A DNA stretch of 54,690 nucleotides, from positions 67,491,212 through 67,545,901 of the forward strand of contig NC_068991.1 of the NCBI RefSeq assembly GCF_001194135.2, in the 5' to 3' direction. Shown in pieces: positions 11,240 to 22,481 of this stretch. Position 1 is the stretch's first letter. Every line of letters starts with the position of its first letter. The notes beneath the pieces were generated by a model. The model was given only the letters and a program-made list of their open reading frames with translations. It was not told the DNA's origin and searched no databases. The stretch comes from Octopus bimaculoides. Taxonomy: Eukaryota. The position numbers and the translations under genes are program-made.

Positions 11240-11725
11240 AACCAAATTCGATGACTGGCACCTGTGCCAGTGGAGCGCTAAGAGCACCGTCCGAGCGTGA
11301 TCATTGCCAGAGCAGCTGTCTAGCTTCCGTGTCAGTGGCACGTAAATAGCACCATTTGAGCGTGATCGTCACCAGCGTCGCCTTGTTGGCACTTGTGCCA
11401 GTGGCACGTGAAAAACATTTGTGTGAGGTCATTGCCAGTGCCACTGGACTGGCTCCTGTGCAGGTGGCACGTAAAAAACACCATTTTGAGCATGGCCGTT
11501 GCCAGTACTGCCTGACTGGCCCTTGTGCCGGTGGCACGTAAAAGCACCCACTACACTTTTGGAGTGGTTGGCGTTAGGAAGGGCATCCAGCTGTAGAAAC
11601 TCTGCCAGATCAGATTGGAGCCTGGTGCAGCCTTCTGGTTCACCAGTCCTCAGTCAAATCATCCAACCCATGCTAGCATGGAAAGCAGACGTTAAACAAT
11701 GATGATGATGATGATGATCATGATG
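11240..11725 (+). mobile_element. Family B copy
   Basis: Same body and (GAT)n tail as 8330-9090. Confidence 0.75.
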
Positions 11726-12110
11726 ATGTTGGTTTCATTGGCCTTAGAGGATCTTCAAAGACCATAAGTTAACCTTTTAGAAGTGGGTGAGCTTTAGAAG
11801 CAGATGAGTTTTCCTAATTCCATTTAGAAGTTGATTACTGGCTGCTATAGTAGCTGGTGATGAAATTTGGGCTCTCTTTGTTATTCTCACAAGAAATTTA
11901 AAAACAAAGAATTTAAGACATTAAGAGAGTTATTACATTACATGTTATCACACCATAATTCATCAGCTCATAAACTGTAATATCATAAGTAATGACATCA
12001 CTAGCTATTCACTTCACATGGCTGTCGCATCATCACCTGTGACATGAAATGTTACATCGTAGCTAATCACACCCTAGCCTGTTATATGCCATGGAGTCAC
12101 ATCATAGTCA

Positions 12111-12236
12111 CATCATAGTCCCTCACGTCATAATCCCTCACATCATAGTCCCTCACATCATAGTCCCTCACATCATAGTCCCTTACATCATAGTCCCTCA
12201 CATCATAGTCCCTCACATCGTAGTCCCTCACATCAT
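12111..12236. repeat. 15-bp minisatellite (CATCATAGTCCCTCA) x ~8
   Basis: Direct reading; source of the spurious PHIIV ORF. Confidence 0.9.
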
Positions 12237-12490
12237 ATGCTGTTACAGCATTAACTTGATAATGTCATATTGTTATATCATAGTTCCTCACATTATATGC
12301 TGTTGCATCACATCCAGTTACATTATAAGATATATGTCATGTTGTTAGATCACAGCTCCTTGCATGATAACCTATTACATTGCATATTGTTAAAATGCAC
12401 TTGATTACACAACAGGCTCTTACATAACACCATCTTATCACCATTTCCTCCAGGAAAGCTAACATCTAACCCTTTAAATTGTTTACTCAG

Positions 12491-12712
12491 GATTACATAC
12501 GAGTTGTTGAAGTGTGGCTGGACAATGAACACAAACGGTATTTCTATGCGAGACAACCTTTAATGGAAGAATATCCTTATCTTAACATTACCAAACAATT
12601 GGAATTTAAGAAGGAACACAATTGTAAGAGCTTCGAATGGTTTCTGAAGAATGTAGCCTATGAAGTACTGGACTATTATCCCCCACAGCCTCCTAATAAA
12701 TATTGGGGCCAG
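12491..12712 (+). CDS. GALNT7-like: GALNT7-like exon 6 (end of catalytic domain and linker)
   Basis: ctcag acceptor, CAG|GTAAGT donor. DYIRVVEVWLDNEHKRYFYARQP...KKEHNCKSFEWFLKNVAYEVLDYYPPQPPNKYWGQ matches NY.RV.EVW.D....YFY and C(K)SF.WF. Confidence 0.94.
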
Positions 12713-12745
12713 GTAAGTATTCAGATTAGTCTTCATACTATACTC

Positions 12746-13145
12746 TTACTCTTTACTCTTTTACTTGTTTCAGTCATTTGACTGTGGCCATGCTGGAGCA
12801 CCACCTTTAGTCAAGCAAATCGACCCCGGGACTTATTCTTTGTAAGCCTAGTACTTATTCTATTGGTCTCTTTTGCCGAACTGCTAAGTTACGGGGACGT
12901 AAACACACCAGCATCGGTTGTCAAGCAATGTTAGGGAGACAAACACAGACACACAAACACACACACACATATATATATACATATATACGACGGGCTTCTT
13001 TCAGTTTCCGTCTACCAAATCCACTAACAAGGCTTTGGTCGGCCCGAGGCTATAGTAGAAGACACTTGCCCAAGATGCCATGCAGTGGGACTGAACCCGG
13101 AACCATGTGGTTGGTAAGCAAGCTACTTACCACTCAGCCACTCCT
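12746..13145 (-). mobile_element. SINE family A copy
   Basis: Full-length match to the other copies; begins about 30 nt after the GALNT exon 6 donor. Confidence 0.85.
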
Positions 13146-13369
13146 GCACCTATATGTACCTTTTGTAAGTATGTGATAGATGGTTTCAGGTACAGTTCAG
13201 GTAGATGCAGTGGCATGACACCTTGGGCAAATGTCTGCTACTAATAACTCAGGGATGACTAAGAGCTTGTGAGAGGATTTGTAGCCTGTCATATATATGT
13301 ATGTGCTATCCAGTATTATACATACTTCCGGGTTTACATTTGGGCTTCTGTCATGTGTGAATAGATAAA

Positions 13370-13852
13370 TGAAAAAATTGGAGTCAACAAGAAGGAGTAC
13401 GGTTGGACATTTAGTTTCAGTCACTACAATTGTTTCTATGCAACGTAGTTCTCCAGGCATGCAGGTACTTGGTTATGTAACCACTTCCCTGCATTATATC
13501 TAGCTGTGTTTCCTCAGGCGATATGTAAATATTGTCTCCGTAAGTTCAAATTCTCAGCCTTAAGATCATCCTCTCTGTCAGTCATGGCCTGAAGTTCGTA
13601 GTAGCCACTGAGTTTATCTAGGTGGTTTGTTGCTGAAGGACTATTGGCAAGAGGATGCTCTTGAAGCCAAGTGTTTGAACTTACAGAGACAATATTTACA
13701 CATCGCCTGAGGAAACACAACTAGATCTCATAATGCAGGGAAATATTGCATAATCAAGTACCTGAATGCCTGGCGAACCACGTTGCATAGAAACAATTGT
13801 AGTGATTGAAATTAAATGTCCAACTTTACTCCTTGTTGTTTCCAATTTTTTC
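13370..13852. mobile_element. Fold-back element, ~180-bp imperfect inverted arms, 123-bp spacer
   Basis: 13370-13550 is the reverse complement of 13674-13852 (e.g. TTGGACATTTAGTTTCAGTCACTACAATTGTTTCTATGCAACG); abuts a (TATG)n/(TA)n tract. Confidence 0.8.
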
Positions 13853-13924
13853 AATTGTATGTATGTATGTTTGTATGTTTGTATGTATGTATGTATGTAT
13901 GTATGTATGTATGTATATGTACAT

Positions 13925-14032
<108 letters not shown>

Positions 14033-14171
14033 GTGTGAGTGAATACATATATATATATATATATATATGTATATACATATATATGTATATATATATATGA
14101 ATGTATGTATGTATATGTATGTATCGCTTGCTTGCTCCGTCTGTCTATCTCTCTCTCTATATATATGTATA

Positions 14172-14717
14172 CTAGCTTAAAAGCTATAGTCTATGTGGAC
14201 TTATAAGCTAGCTCCTGTGGAGGGTCACTGGGCCTGTGGCCCAAAACTAAAGAGAGCTAAATAGTATGCCTATAATACATCTATAATGACTATATGCCCC
14301 AGTGGTGTTTGATCAGAGGTTAAGGATGGATGAGAATTAATTCTGCAATGCAATCATTTTATTGTTCCAGTCCCAAGTTGAATTCCAGCTGTTGTACAAT
14401 TTGTCCCAAAGTTCTTACCTTGACGTAAAATTAATGAAGCGAATGTGATTTATCTCCCCCTTAATCTCTGATGTCATCTGACAGTCACCAACCAAGATGG
14501 TGTGAATCAGCAAGGCTTTACCAGCTAGAAATAATAACTCAAATCCTTTTAAGTCAGATCCCAATGCTGGATGTTCAAGAACCAAACAAAGGGCAGACTT
14601 TCAGTTCTGGGATCATCCTGATTCCAAAAAGGTATATTGTGTCAATGTAGAGGAAATGTAGTCTGAGATACAAGGATCCCGGACAGACTGACAGAATTTC
14701 ACTTTTATTATTATAGA
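14172..14717 (-). mobile_element. Probable non-autonomous Helitron
   Basis: Minus strand starts A|TCTATAATAATAAAAGTGAAATTCTGTCAGTCTGTC and ends CTAG|T. The GC hairpin GGGCC-ACA-GGCCC (14230-14242) lies farther from the 3' end than usual. Confidence 0.45.
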
Positions 14718-15362
14718 TAATACACAATACTATATGTACCTTTTGTAAGTATGCGATAGATGGTTTCAGGTACAGCTCCCTGTTGGGTTTTTTTTTCCTA
14801 AAAGATTTTCCTAAGAGATTTCCCAGTTCATGTTGGGTTTTTTTTTTCCTAAAAGATTTTTCATATTTCCTTGTAAGTCCTTTATGCTTCGTTTTGGAAT
14901 AATAGTGTCCGTAAATCCTATTATTCTTCTATTATTCTTCTAATCATAACGTCCGCTTTCCATGCTAGCATGGGTTGGACGATTTGACTGGGGACTGGCA
15001 AACCAGATGGCTACACCAGACTCTAATCTGATTTGGCAGAGTTTCTACAGCTGGATGCCCTTCCTAACACCAACCACTCCGAGAGTGTAGTGGGTGCTTA
15101 GATATAAAATTATACTATGATAAGTTTTGGTGAGTTTTTTTGGTATATTTAAAAGGCCATTTGAAGGATATTTGGCTGTCATTACTTGCAGGTGAGTGAA
15201 TATGTCAGGAACGTTTCTCTTTGGTGCATGAAATGGAATTTTGGGGTATGTAAACTGTTAAGTATCTGGTTATTGAGTTGCTTCTGTTGTATTATATTTT
15301 TGATCAAGCATCTTACTCACATCTTTTCTTATAGTAAATACCTATTATTGTCTGTCATTCAG

Positions 15363-15464
15363 GTTATGTTGGAAAAAACTGGAGATTGTAGTAACTGGCA
15401 GGCATCATCTGTTGGAGAAAAAACTATTCGTATGAGTCCTTGCAAGTCCGACAAAGGAAACCAG
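15363..15464 (+). CDS. GALNT7-like: GALNT7-like exon 7 (ricin-B lectin alpha repeat)
   Basis: ttcag/GTAAC boundaries, phase 0. VMLEKTGDCSNWQASSVGEKTIRMSPCKSDKGNQ with the C...C....GNQ lectin pattern. Confidence 0.85.
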
Positions 15465-15682
15465 GTAACAGTGACAGTATACATTATGATTTATTAATTA
15501 CAGATATGCTGACAGTTTTATTTTATTGCTATAATCTAGGTACAGGCATAGCTGTGTGGTAAGAAGCTTGCTTGCTTCTCAATCACATGGTTCTGAGTTC
15601 AATCCCACTGCATGGCATCATAGGCATGGTTGACCCAAGCTTTGCAAGTGGGTTTGGTAGACAGAGACTGAAAGAAGCCTGT

Positions 15683-15724
<42 letters not shown>

Positions 15725-15857
15725 AATTCTCTAATTCTCTAAAACAGGACACAGTCGTGTGTCGATAAGCCAGCTGGAGGAGATGTCCTCCTGGGGCTAA
15801 AAGCAACAGTAACATCCACCCCTAGGGGTCAGCCACACTTAAGTGGCAATATACTAC

Positions 15858-15902
<45 letters not shown>

Positions 15903-16002
15903 GCATGTATGTATGTATGTATTTATGCGTGTCGGTATTTGTTCCCCTGCCATCACTTGACAACCAATGCTGTATATATGTATGTATTTGGTTCTTTTAC
16001 AG

Positions 16003-16125
16003 CTGTTTCGGTTAAATATGAAAGGTCAATTGATATGGGATGAGTTCTGCATTGAAACAATAAACGATATTTTACACATACAAGAGTGTCCTGTCCAACC
16101 TGTTGGTAACTGGTCCTATCTAGAG
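16003..16125 (+). CDS. GALNT7-like: GALNT7-like exon 8 (lectin beta repeat)
   Basis: ttacag/GTAAG boundaries. LFRLNMKGQLIWDEFCIETINDILHIQECPVQPVGNWSYLE matches LFRLN..GQL....C. Confidence 0.9.
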
Positions 16126-17088
16126 GTAAGCTGATATTTTAACATACTGCTTTACATAATCTTTGTAATGGTTTCTGTTCATTTGTGTTGATTTAAAAGA
16201 CAAAATGGAGCCTGGGCAGCCCTCCAGCTGACCACTTCCGGTCAAACCATCCAAGTACGGAGAACAGACCTTAAACAATGATGATGATGATGATGCTGAT
16301 AATGATGATGATGATCATGTGGTTTTCTTTAAATCAATGCTTTACTACATTATTATACTACAACACAACACATACAATACTACACTATCACAGTGCATAC
16401 TACATCACTATACTGTAACATATACAGCACCACTGTACTGTAGTATATAGAGCATCACTGTACTGAAAGGCAGAAGGTTATCGCAACCCTGCGTCATCAT
16501 CGTTTAACGTCCGCTTTCCATGCTAGCATGGGTTGGATGATTTGACTGAGGACTGGCGAACCAGATGGCTACACCAGGCTCCAATCTGATCTGGCAGAGT
16601 TTCTACAGCTGGATGCCCTTCCTAATGCCAACCACTTTGAGAGTGTAATGGGTGCTTTTACATGCCACCGGCACGGGTGCCATTTGTGTGGCACTGGTAT
16701 CTACCACGACTGCGATTCTGCTCGGCTCGATGGCTCTTTTTCTCAAGCATGACATGCATATACATATATATGTATTCAACCATGTATGTATGTATGTATG
16801 CATGCATATATGTATGTGTGTGTGTTTTCATGTATGTACGTGTACACACACACACATACACACAGACACACACACATATATGTATACAGCATTTTAGTTA
16901 GTTTCCATTTCTCAAATCTGTGGAACTGAGCCTGGAACCACGTGGTTGGAAGGCAAATTTCTTACCAAGAACCCACATCTATGGCCTTGAATCTATGGTA
17001 AGACAGCAGACCCCCCCACTCTAAAATATTTGTCCTCCCCACCCATCTCCATCAACCTAAATGTCTTTTTTCTTTTATTTCCTCCTAG

Positions 17089-17388
17089 AATACAAAACAA
17101 ATTTTCAACAGTCGTTTCCAAAAATGTGTTGAAGTGGTATCAAACTCTGTACTTTGTCTCAAAGACTGTGATGCTAACAACAAGATGCAGCAATGGAATT
17201 TTAAGAAATTTAAGGCCTGGGATATTCCTAAACAACAACAACAACAACAACAGCAGCCTCAACAACAACAACAACAACAAGAACAGAAGCCTCAACAACA
17301 ACAACAACAACAACAGCAGCAGCAACCTCAACAACAAGAACAACAACAGCCTCAACAACAACAACAACAACAACAACAACAGCAGCAG
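17089..17388 (+). CDS. GALNT7-like: GALNT7-like exon 9 (lectin gamma repeat + poly-Gln tail; runs into assembly gap, stop not seen)
   Basis: cctag acceptor. NTKQIFNSRFQKCVEVVSNSVLCLKDCDANNKMQQWNFKKFKAWDIPK, then in-frame CAA/CAG-rich codons up to the N gap at 17389. Confidence 0.88.
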
Positions 17389-18229
17389 NNNNNNNNNNNN
17401 NNNNNNNNNNNNNNNNNNNNNNNNNNNNNNNNNNNNNNNNNNNNNNNNNNNNNNNNNNNNNNNNNNNNNNNNNNNNNNNNNNNNNNNNNNNNNNNNNNNN
17501 NNNNNNNNNNNNNNNNNNNNNNNNNNNNNNNNNNNNNNNNNNNNNNNNNNNNNNNNNNNNNNNNNNNNNNNNNNNNNNNNNNNNNNNNNNNNNNNNNNNN
17601 NNNNNNNNNNNNNNNNNNNNNNNNNNNNNNNNNNNNNNNNNNNNNNNNNNNNNNNNNNNNNNNNNNNNNNNNNNNNNNNNNNNNNNNNNNNNNNNNNNNN
17701 NNNNNNNNNNNNNNNNNNNNNNNNNNNNNNNNNNNNNNNNNNNNNNNNNNNNNNNNNNNNNNNNNNNNNNNNNNNNNNNNNNNNNNNNNNNNNNNNNNNN
17801 NNNNNNNNNNNNNNNNNNNNNNNNNNNNNNNNNNNNNNNNNNNNNNNNNNNNNNNNNNNNNNNNNNNNNNNNNNNNNNNNNNNNNNNNNNNNNNNNNNNN
17901 NNNNNNNNNNNNNNNNNNNNNNNNNNNNNNNNNNNNNNNNNNNNNNNNNNNNNNNNNNNNNNNNNNNNNNNNNNNNNNNNNNNNNNNNNNNNNNNNNNNN
18001 NNNNNNNNNNNNNNNNNNNNNNNNNNNNNNNNNNNNNNNNNNNNNNNNNNNNNNNNNNNNNNNNNNNNNNNNNNNNNNNNNNNNNNNNNNNNNNNNNNNN
18101 NNNNNNNNNNNNNNNAAAAAAAAACCCCAATGATAATGACAATATTTTCCCTTAATTTTGTTACCAAACCAACCAATTGGTATTACTAAATTTATCATAT
18201 TTCAATTGAATTGCATTTTAATTCCATGT

Positions 18230-18810
18230 TGTGGACCAAGTCTCAGCCAGAGACCTAAGGCATGTACATATTAATATCAGATGGAGAGAAACTTGCTGAG
18301 AATATATGGGTGGTTGATGTTAGCACAGTTTTTTGAGTCTCATAAATTGTTGGTTTCCCAGAGGGATCTAGTCAAAAAATTTGTCAGTACCTTTCTTGAT
18401 CATTCCCTCGGGGCTCCTACAACAACAGGGATGGTTTTTAATTGCTATGTCTGAGATAATCTCAATCTCAAGGCCTTTATATTTCAACAGTTTTTCAAAT
18501 TCCTTCACTAAGATGTTTCTATCAGTAGGTAATGTCATGTCAATTAACAGGCATATTTTTTTGTTTTGGGTCTTTGATGACAATGCCAGGTCTGTTAGCA
18601 TTTATTTGCCTGTCCGTATGTATCCACCAAGGGACATGCTCAACTGGTTAAGGTCAAACAACTGACAAGCAAATCTGTGGTATTGAGCAGAATATTTGCT
18701 GTAGCCCATCTTATTATTATGTTATTTTTTTCTTCTTTCTTCAAATTTTCTTCTATTTCTTGTAAAAATGTTTTCCGTACACCTAGGGCAGAGAAACTCA
18801 TTGTATGCAT
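18230..18810 (-). mobile_element. Degenerate R4/Dong RLE-domain fragment
   Basis: KKICLLIDMTLPTDRNILVKEFEKLLKYKGLEIEI matches ID..P.D.N...KE.EK..KY..L..EI; frameshifted. Confidence 0.75.
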
Positions 18811-18879
18811 TCCCAGTTTACACACGCAAATTCACAGGTAGAATATGTATTTTTAAAAAAATTAATAAATAAATTCATG

Positions 18880-19187
18880 AATGGATGTTGTTTTCACAGC
18901 GATAATGGTCTTCTCAGTACATGAGTCGTTCCAGTTAACACAATTTTCTGCACTTCCTGTAGAGATGGTAAGCCTGGTATCATTTTCAAATTGGTTTCAG
19001 TACCTTTTTTTTATCATTCCTAGAGATCCTACAATCACTGGTATGGTAGTCGCCTTGAGATGCCACATTTTTTTCAATTTCTATTAGCAAGTCTTTATAT
19101 TTACTGATCTTGTCAAATTCTTTTGCCGCTATATTATGATCGCAGGGAATACTCATCATCATCAGCAACAAGTTGAGAATCTTTGGG
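18880..19187 (-). mobile_element. Second R4/Dong RLE-domain 3' fragment
   Basis: With two frameshifts reads MSIPCDHNIAAKEFDKISKYKDLLIEIEK-MWHLKATTIPVIVGSLGMIKK-GTETNLKMIPGLPSLQEVQKIVLTGTTHVLRRPLSL*. Confidence 0.8.
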
Positions 19188-20213
19188 NNNNNNNNNNNNN
19201 NNNNNNNNNNNNNNNNNNNNNNNNNNNNNNNNNNNNNNNNNNNNNNNNNNNNNNNNNNNNNNNNNNNNNNNNNNNNNNNNNNNNNNNNNNNNNNNNNNNN
19301 NNNNNNNNNNNNNNNNNNNNNNNNNNNNNNNNNNNNNNNNNNNNNNNNNNNNNNNNNNNNNNNNNNNNNNNNNNNNNNNNNNNNNNNNNNNNNNNNNNNN
19401 NNNNNNNNNNNNNNNNNNNNNNNNNNNNNNNNNNNNNNNNNNNNNNNNNNNNNNNNNNNNNNNNNNNNNNNNNNNNNNNNNNNNNNNNNNNNNNNNNNNN
19501 NNNNNNNNNNNNNNNNNNNNNNNNNNNNNNNNNNNNNNNNNNNNNNNNNNNNNNNNNNNNNNNNNNNNNNNNNNNNNNNNNNNNNNNNNNNNNNNNNNNN
19601 NNNNNNNNNNNNNNNNNNNNNNNNNNNNNNNNNNNNNNNNNNNNNNNNNNNNNNNNNNNNNNNNNNNNNNNGGATCGCTGAAAAAAAGCATATTTATCCT
19701 TTTCTATTCAACTGCAATAATAAACATTTTAGCCTTTTTGAAATTATAGTATCAAATGTGATTGTGTATGAAATATCAATGAATGATATGGATGGGAAAT
19801 GCAAAAAAAAAAACAAAAACAAAAAAAAAACGTTTTCAAAACAGTCAATATTTTTGTAGTTCAAAAATTGCGATTTATGACATAAAATGTCCTCTAGAAT
19901 TAGCCAGAGCTAATAATGACAAACTTTAATTACTAAATATTATTAAACACACCTCTGCAAATGCAATGTACATAAGCAATTCACTTTAAATACAACAAAC
20001 TGGTAGTGAGGCTGTTTTTAGCAGATCCCCAAATCGGTCTCGTGGCAGGCAATGGGTTAAGGACAACAGTGTTATGGTAACGCTGGTGGAACTGGCATAA
20101 CTACATGTACATAGACATCTTGTATTTCTATTTCTCTCATTTAAGTTTTCAGGCAAAGAAAATTCTACATTATCTACATTTGACGGATATTTGTCCTCAT
20201 CTTGTTTGTTCTT

Positions 20214-20259
20214 AACACAACGTTACGGCTGATATATCCTCCAGCCTTCATCAGGTGTC
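20214..20259 (-). ncRNA. Hammerhead ribozyme motif, family 1, core-mutated
   Basis: Reverse complement has CUGAUGA and the GGCUG/CAGCC stem II, but GAAA is changed to GUAA. Confidence 0.55.
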
Positions 20260-20643
20260 TTGGGGAAATTTCAAACCTAGGTTCTCATTCCTAAGGTATT
20301 TTGCGATGTTTTTATTATTAAATTCAAATTACGATAAACATAAACAAACAAAGTTTGCTTTTAGAAACATTGAGATGTCTTAGAAAGTTAAAGAAGTGAT
20401 TTTAAGTTCTCAAATGCAGGATAATGCTAATAATATAGCTTGAACAGGATAAGCTACCCCTATTTTGCAGAAAAAAGTGTAGGTGGCCAGTTCAGGCTAT
20501 ATTATTAACATTATCCTGTGTTTGAGAATTTAAAATTAGTTGTTATTATTATTATTATTATTCAGACCACTGCCTGGAATCGAACTCAGAATCTTGGGGT
20601 TAGTAGCCCGCACTCTTAATCACTACACCATATGCCCACAGGC

Positions 20644-20679
<36 letters not shown>

Positions 20680-20727
20680 TTAAAAAATACCCTAAGAATG
20701 AGAACCCAGGTTCGAAATTTTCCCCAA

Positions 20728-20773
20728 GACACCTGAAGAAGGCTGGAGGGTATATCAGCCGAAACGTTGTGTT
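20728..20773 (+). ncRNA. Minimal type I hammerhead ribozyme motif (family 1, intact copy)
   Basis: GACAC-CUGAAGA-A-GGCUG(GAGGGUAUAU)CAGCC-GAAA-CGUU-GUGUU: stem I GACAC/GUGUU, 5-bp stem II, palindromic loopless stem III (ACGU). Confidence 0.75.
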
Positions 20774-22428
20774 AACAATAAACAAGATGAGGACAAATAT
20801 CCGTCGAATGTAAATAATGTACATAATTCCTCATCTCTGAAATATAGAACTGAAAGAAAATTCTGATTGGAGTTTGGTGCTACAGTGTCAATTCTTCCTT
20901 ATTCTCTTTGTCTTCATACAAAGGAGGAGATGTCTGCTAAATGGTGCATCACCAAGCTTCATGATTAAAAGCTATAGGAAACATTGGACGATGGCAAATG
21001 TGACACGTGCCAAAGGATTCTTCAGAGAGCCCTGGTAGTCAGTAGAGATTTTGCTATACAGGATAATCTTGAGCAAATGCCGTCTCTTTTCCATTCTAGA
21101 AAAGTGCTCTGTTTAATGCTATTGTAAATTGAATAGTATGGCCATTGTGCTGGTGACTTCTGCTTGTTTTAGGATTTCAATATTGTAAGAAAATTATTCC
21201 AGTCAATGGCGACAGTGGTATGCAAGCAGTCTTCAAGAGGTCATTGGTGTTTATGGTAGGTCATTCCCTACTCAGAGCCATAGACACACACACATGCTAG
21301 TATACACATGCACACACTCCCCAGTAGTGATAGGTTCCCTCAACTACAGCTTGCCTTCCACTTGACCCATTCTACCTTTATATTTTCCTGCATCATGATC
21401 TGAAATGTCAGGTTTTTATCTCTCTACCTTGAAGACAGAGGACAGATCTATCCAATATCTATTTGCTTCCATTACTGGTTGTATACTCTGGTGGACTACA
21501 TCTACCAACATTATAAATTAAATCTGATCCTCTAGAAACAGCTGTTGGACATGTGGCACCATAACTTCTCCCCTTTAATTTTATCTGTTGTTTGTACTCT
21601 GTGTAAGTTTGCTCTGTTAATATATAAATATCTATTTATTTATACTTGAATATTCATCGTCTGAAAATTTTCCAGTCTTTGCTTTCTCTCTATTTACATG
21701 TATACATATTTCGTACATTAAACTTAAGCAGTTTTATTTGTCTATATGCATCATTGTCTCCAATTCTGCTCATCTGGATTCCTCTTATAGCCTGCAGACT
21801 TGGTCCTTGGTAAAAATATTGGAGAGTAAGTTCAAATCATTTGAGCACTACTGTTTTCTATACTGAGAATCTCTGGATCTCACATTCACTCTATACATAC
21901 ACACACCTCTCTCTCTCTCTATATATATATGAAGGTGTGTGGCTTGCTTAGGTGTTAGGCTGTTGTACCCATGATTGCAAGATCGTAGTTTCAATTCCCA
22001 AAGCAGTAGTTTGTTGTGTCCTTCAACAGAAAACTTAATTTCACATTGTTCCAGTTCATTTGACTGTAAATAGGTAATCCTGCACAAGGCTGGCATTCTG
22101 TTCAGGAGGAATGTTGGCCTGGCCAGTTGGGGGTTATCCTTGCAAAAGTACAATGATCTGAGGAAGGGCACTGTGGCCAGTGATGTATAAACTGCATCGG
22201 ATATTCTGGTTGATACAGTGATGTGTATGTGTATATATATATATATATAAATTCGAATAAATGAATAAAAACGAAAAACAAACATGAGGACATGCACAAG
22301 AAATGCATTAGCCTGACACTTGGTGAAAGGAGAAAGCTTAACATTCGGAGCATTACTCTTTGTTGGAAAGGAGAAAGGGAAAGTCCAAAGAAGAAATCGT
22401 CAATGGTATAAGTGTAGTTACATTGCTG

Positions 22429-22481
<53 letters not shown>

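Larger units (their letters stand above)
20168..20850. mobile_element. Composite repeat, locus 2: hammerhead unit (-), spacer, (TTA)n, tRNA-like head (-), (TAA)n, hammerhead unit (+)
   Basis: Same units and order as 4775-5590. The head has an A box TGGTGTAGTGA and a B box GTTCGATTCC on the minus strand. Confidence 0.7.

Noticed and set aside
12454-12490. Alternative upstream acceptor (TTCCTCCAG|) for GALNT exon 6
   Set aside because: 37 nt upstream of the chosen site; it shifts the frame and hits a stop, whereas 12491 restores the (N/D)Y.RV.EVW alignment.
17389-19681. Long ORFs of 180-370 aa spanning N runs (also 41524-42471, 34561-34984 and others)
   Set aside because: Openness is an artefact of N bases; gap lengths are estimates, so frames cannot be carried across.
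20900-21260. Possible decayed LINE reverse-transcriptase fragment
   Set aside because: Only faint resemblance (VL..LFNA.V); too degenerate to call without a profile search.
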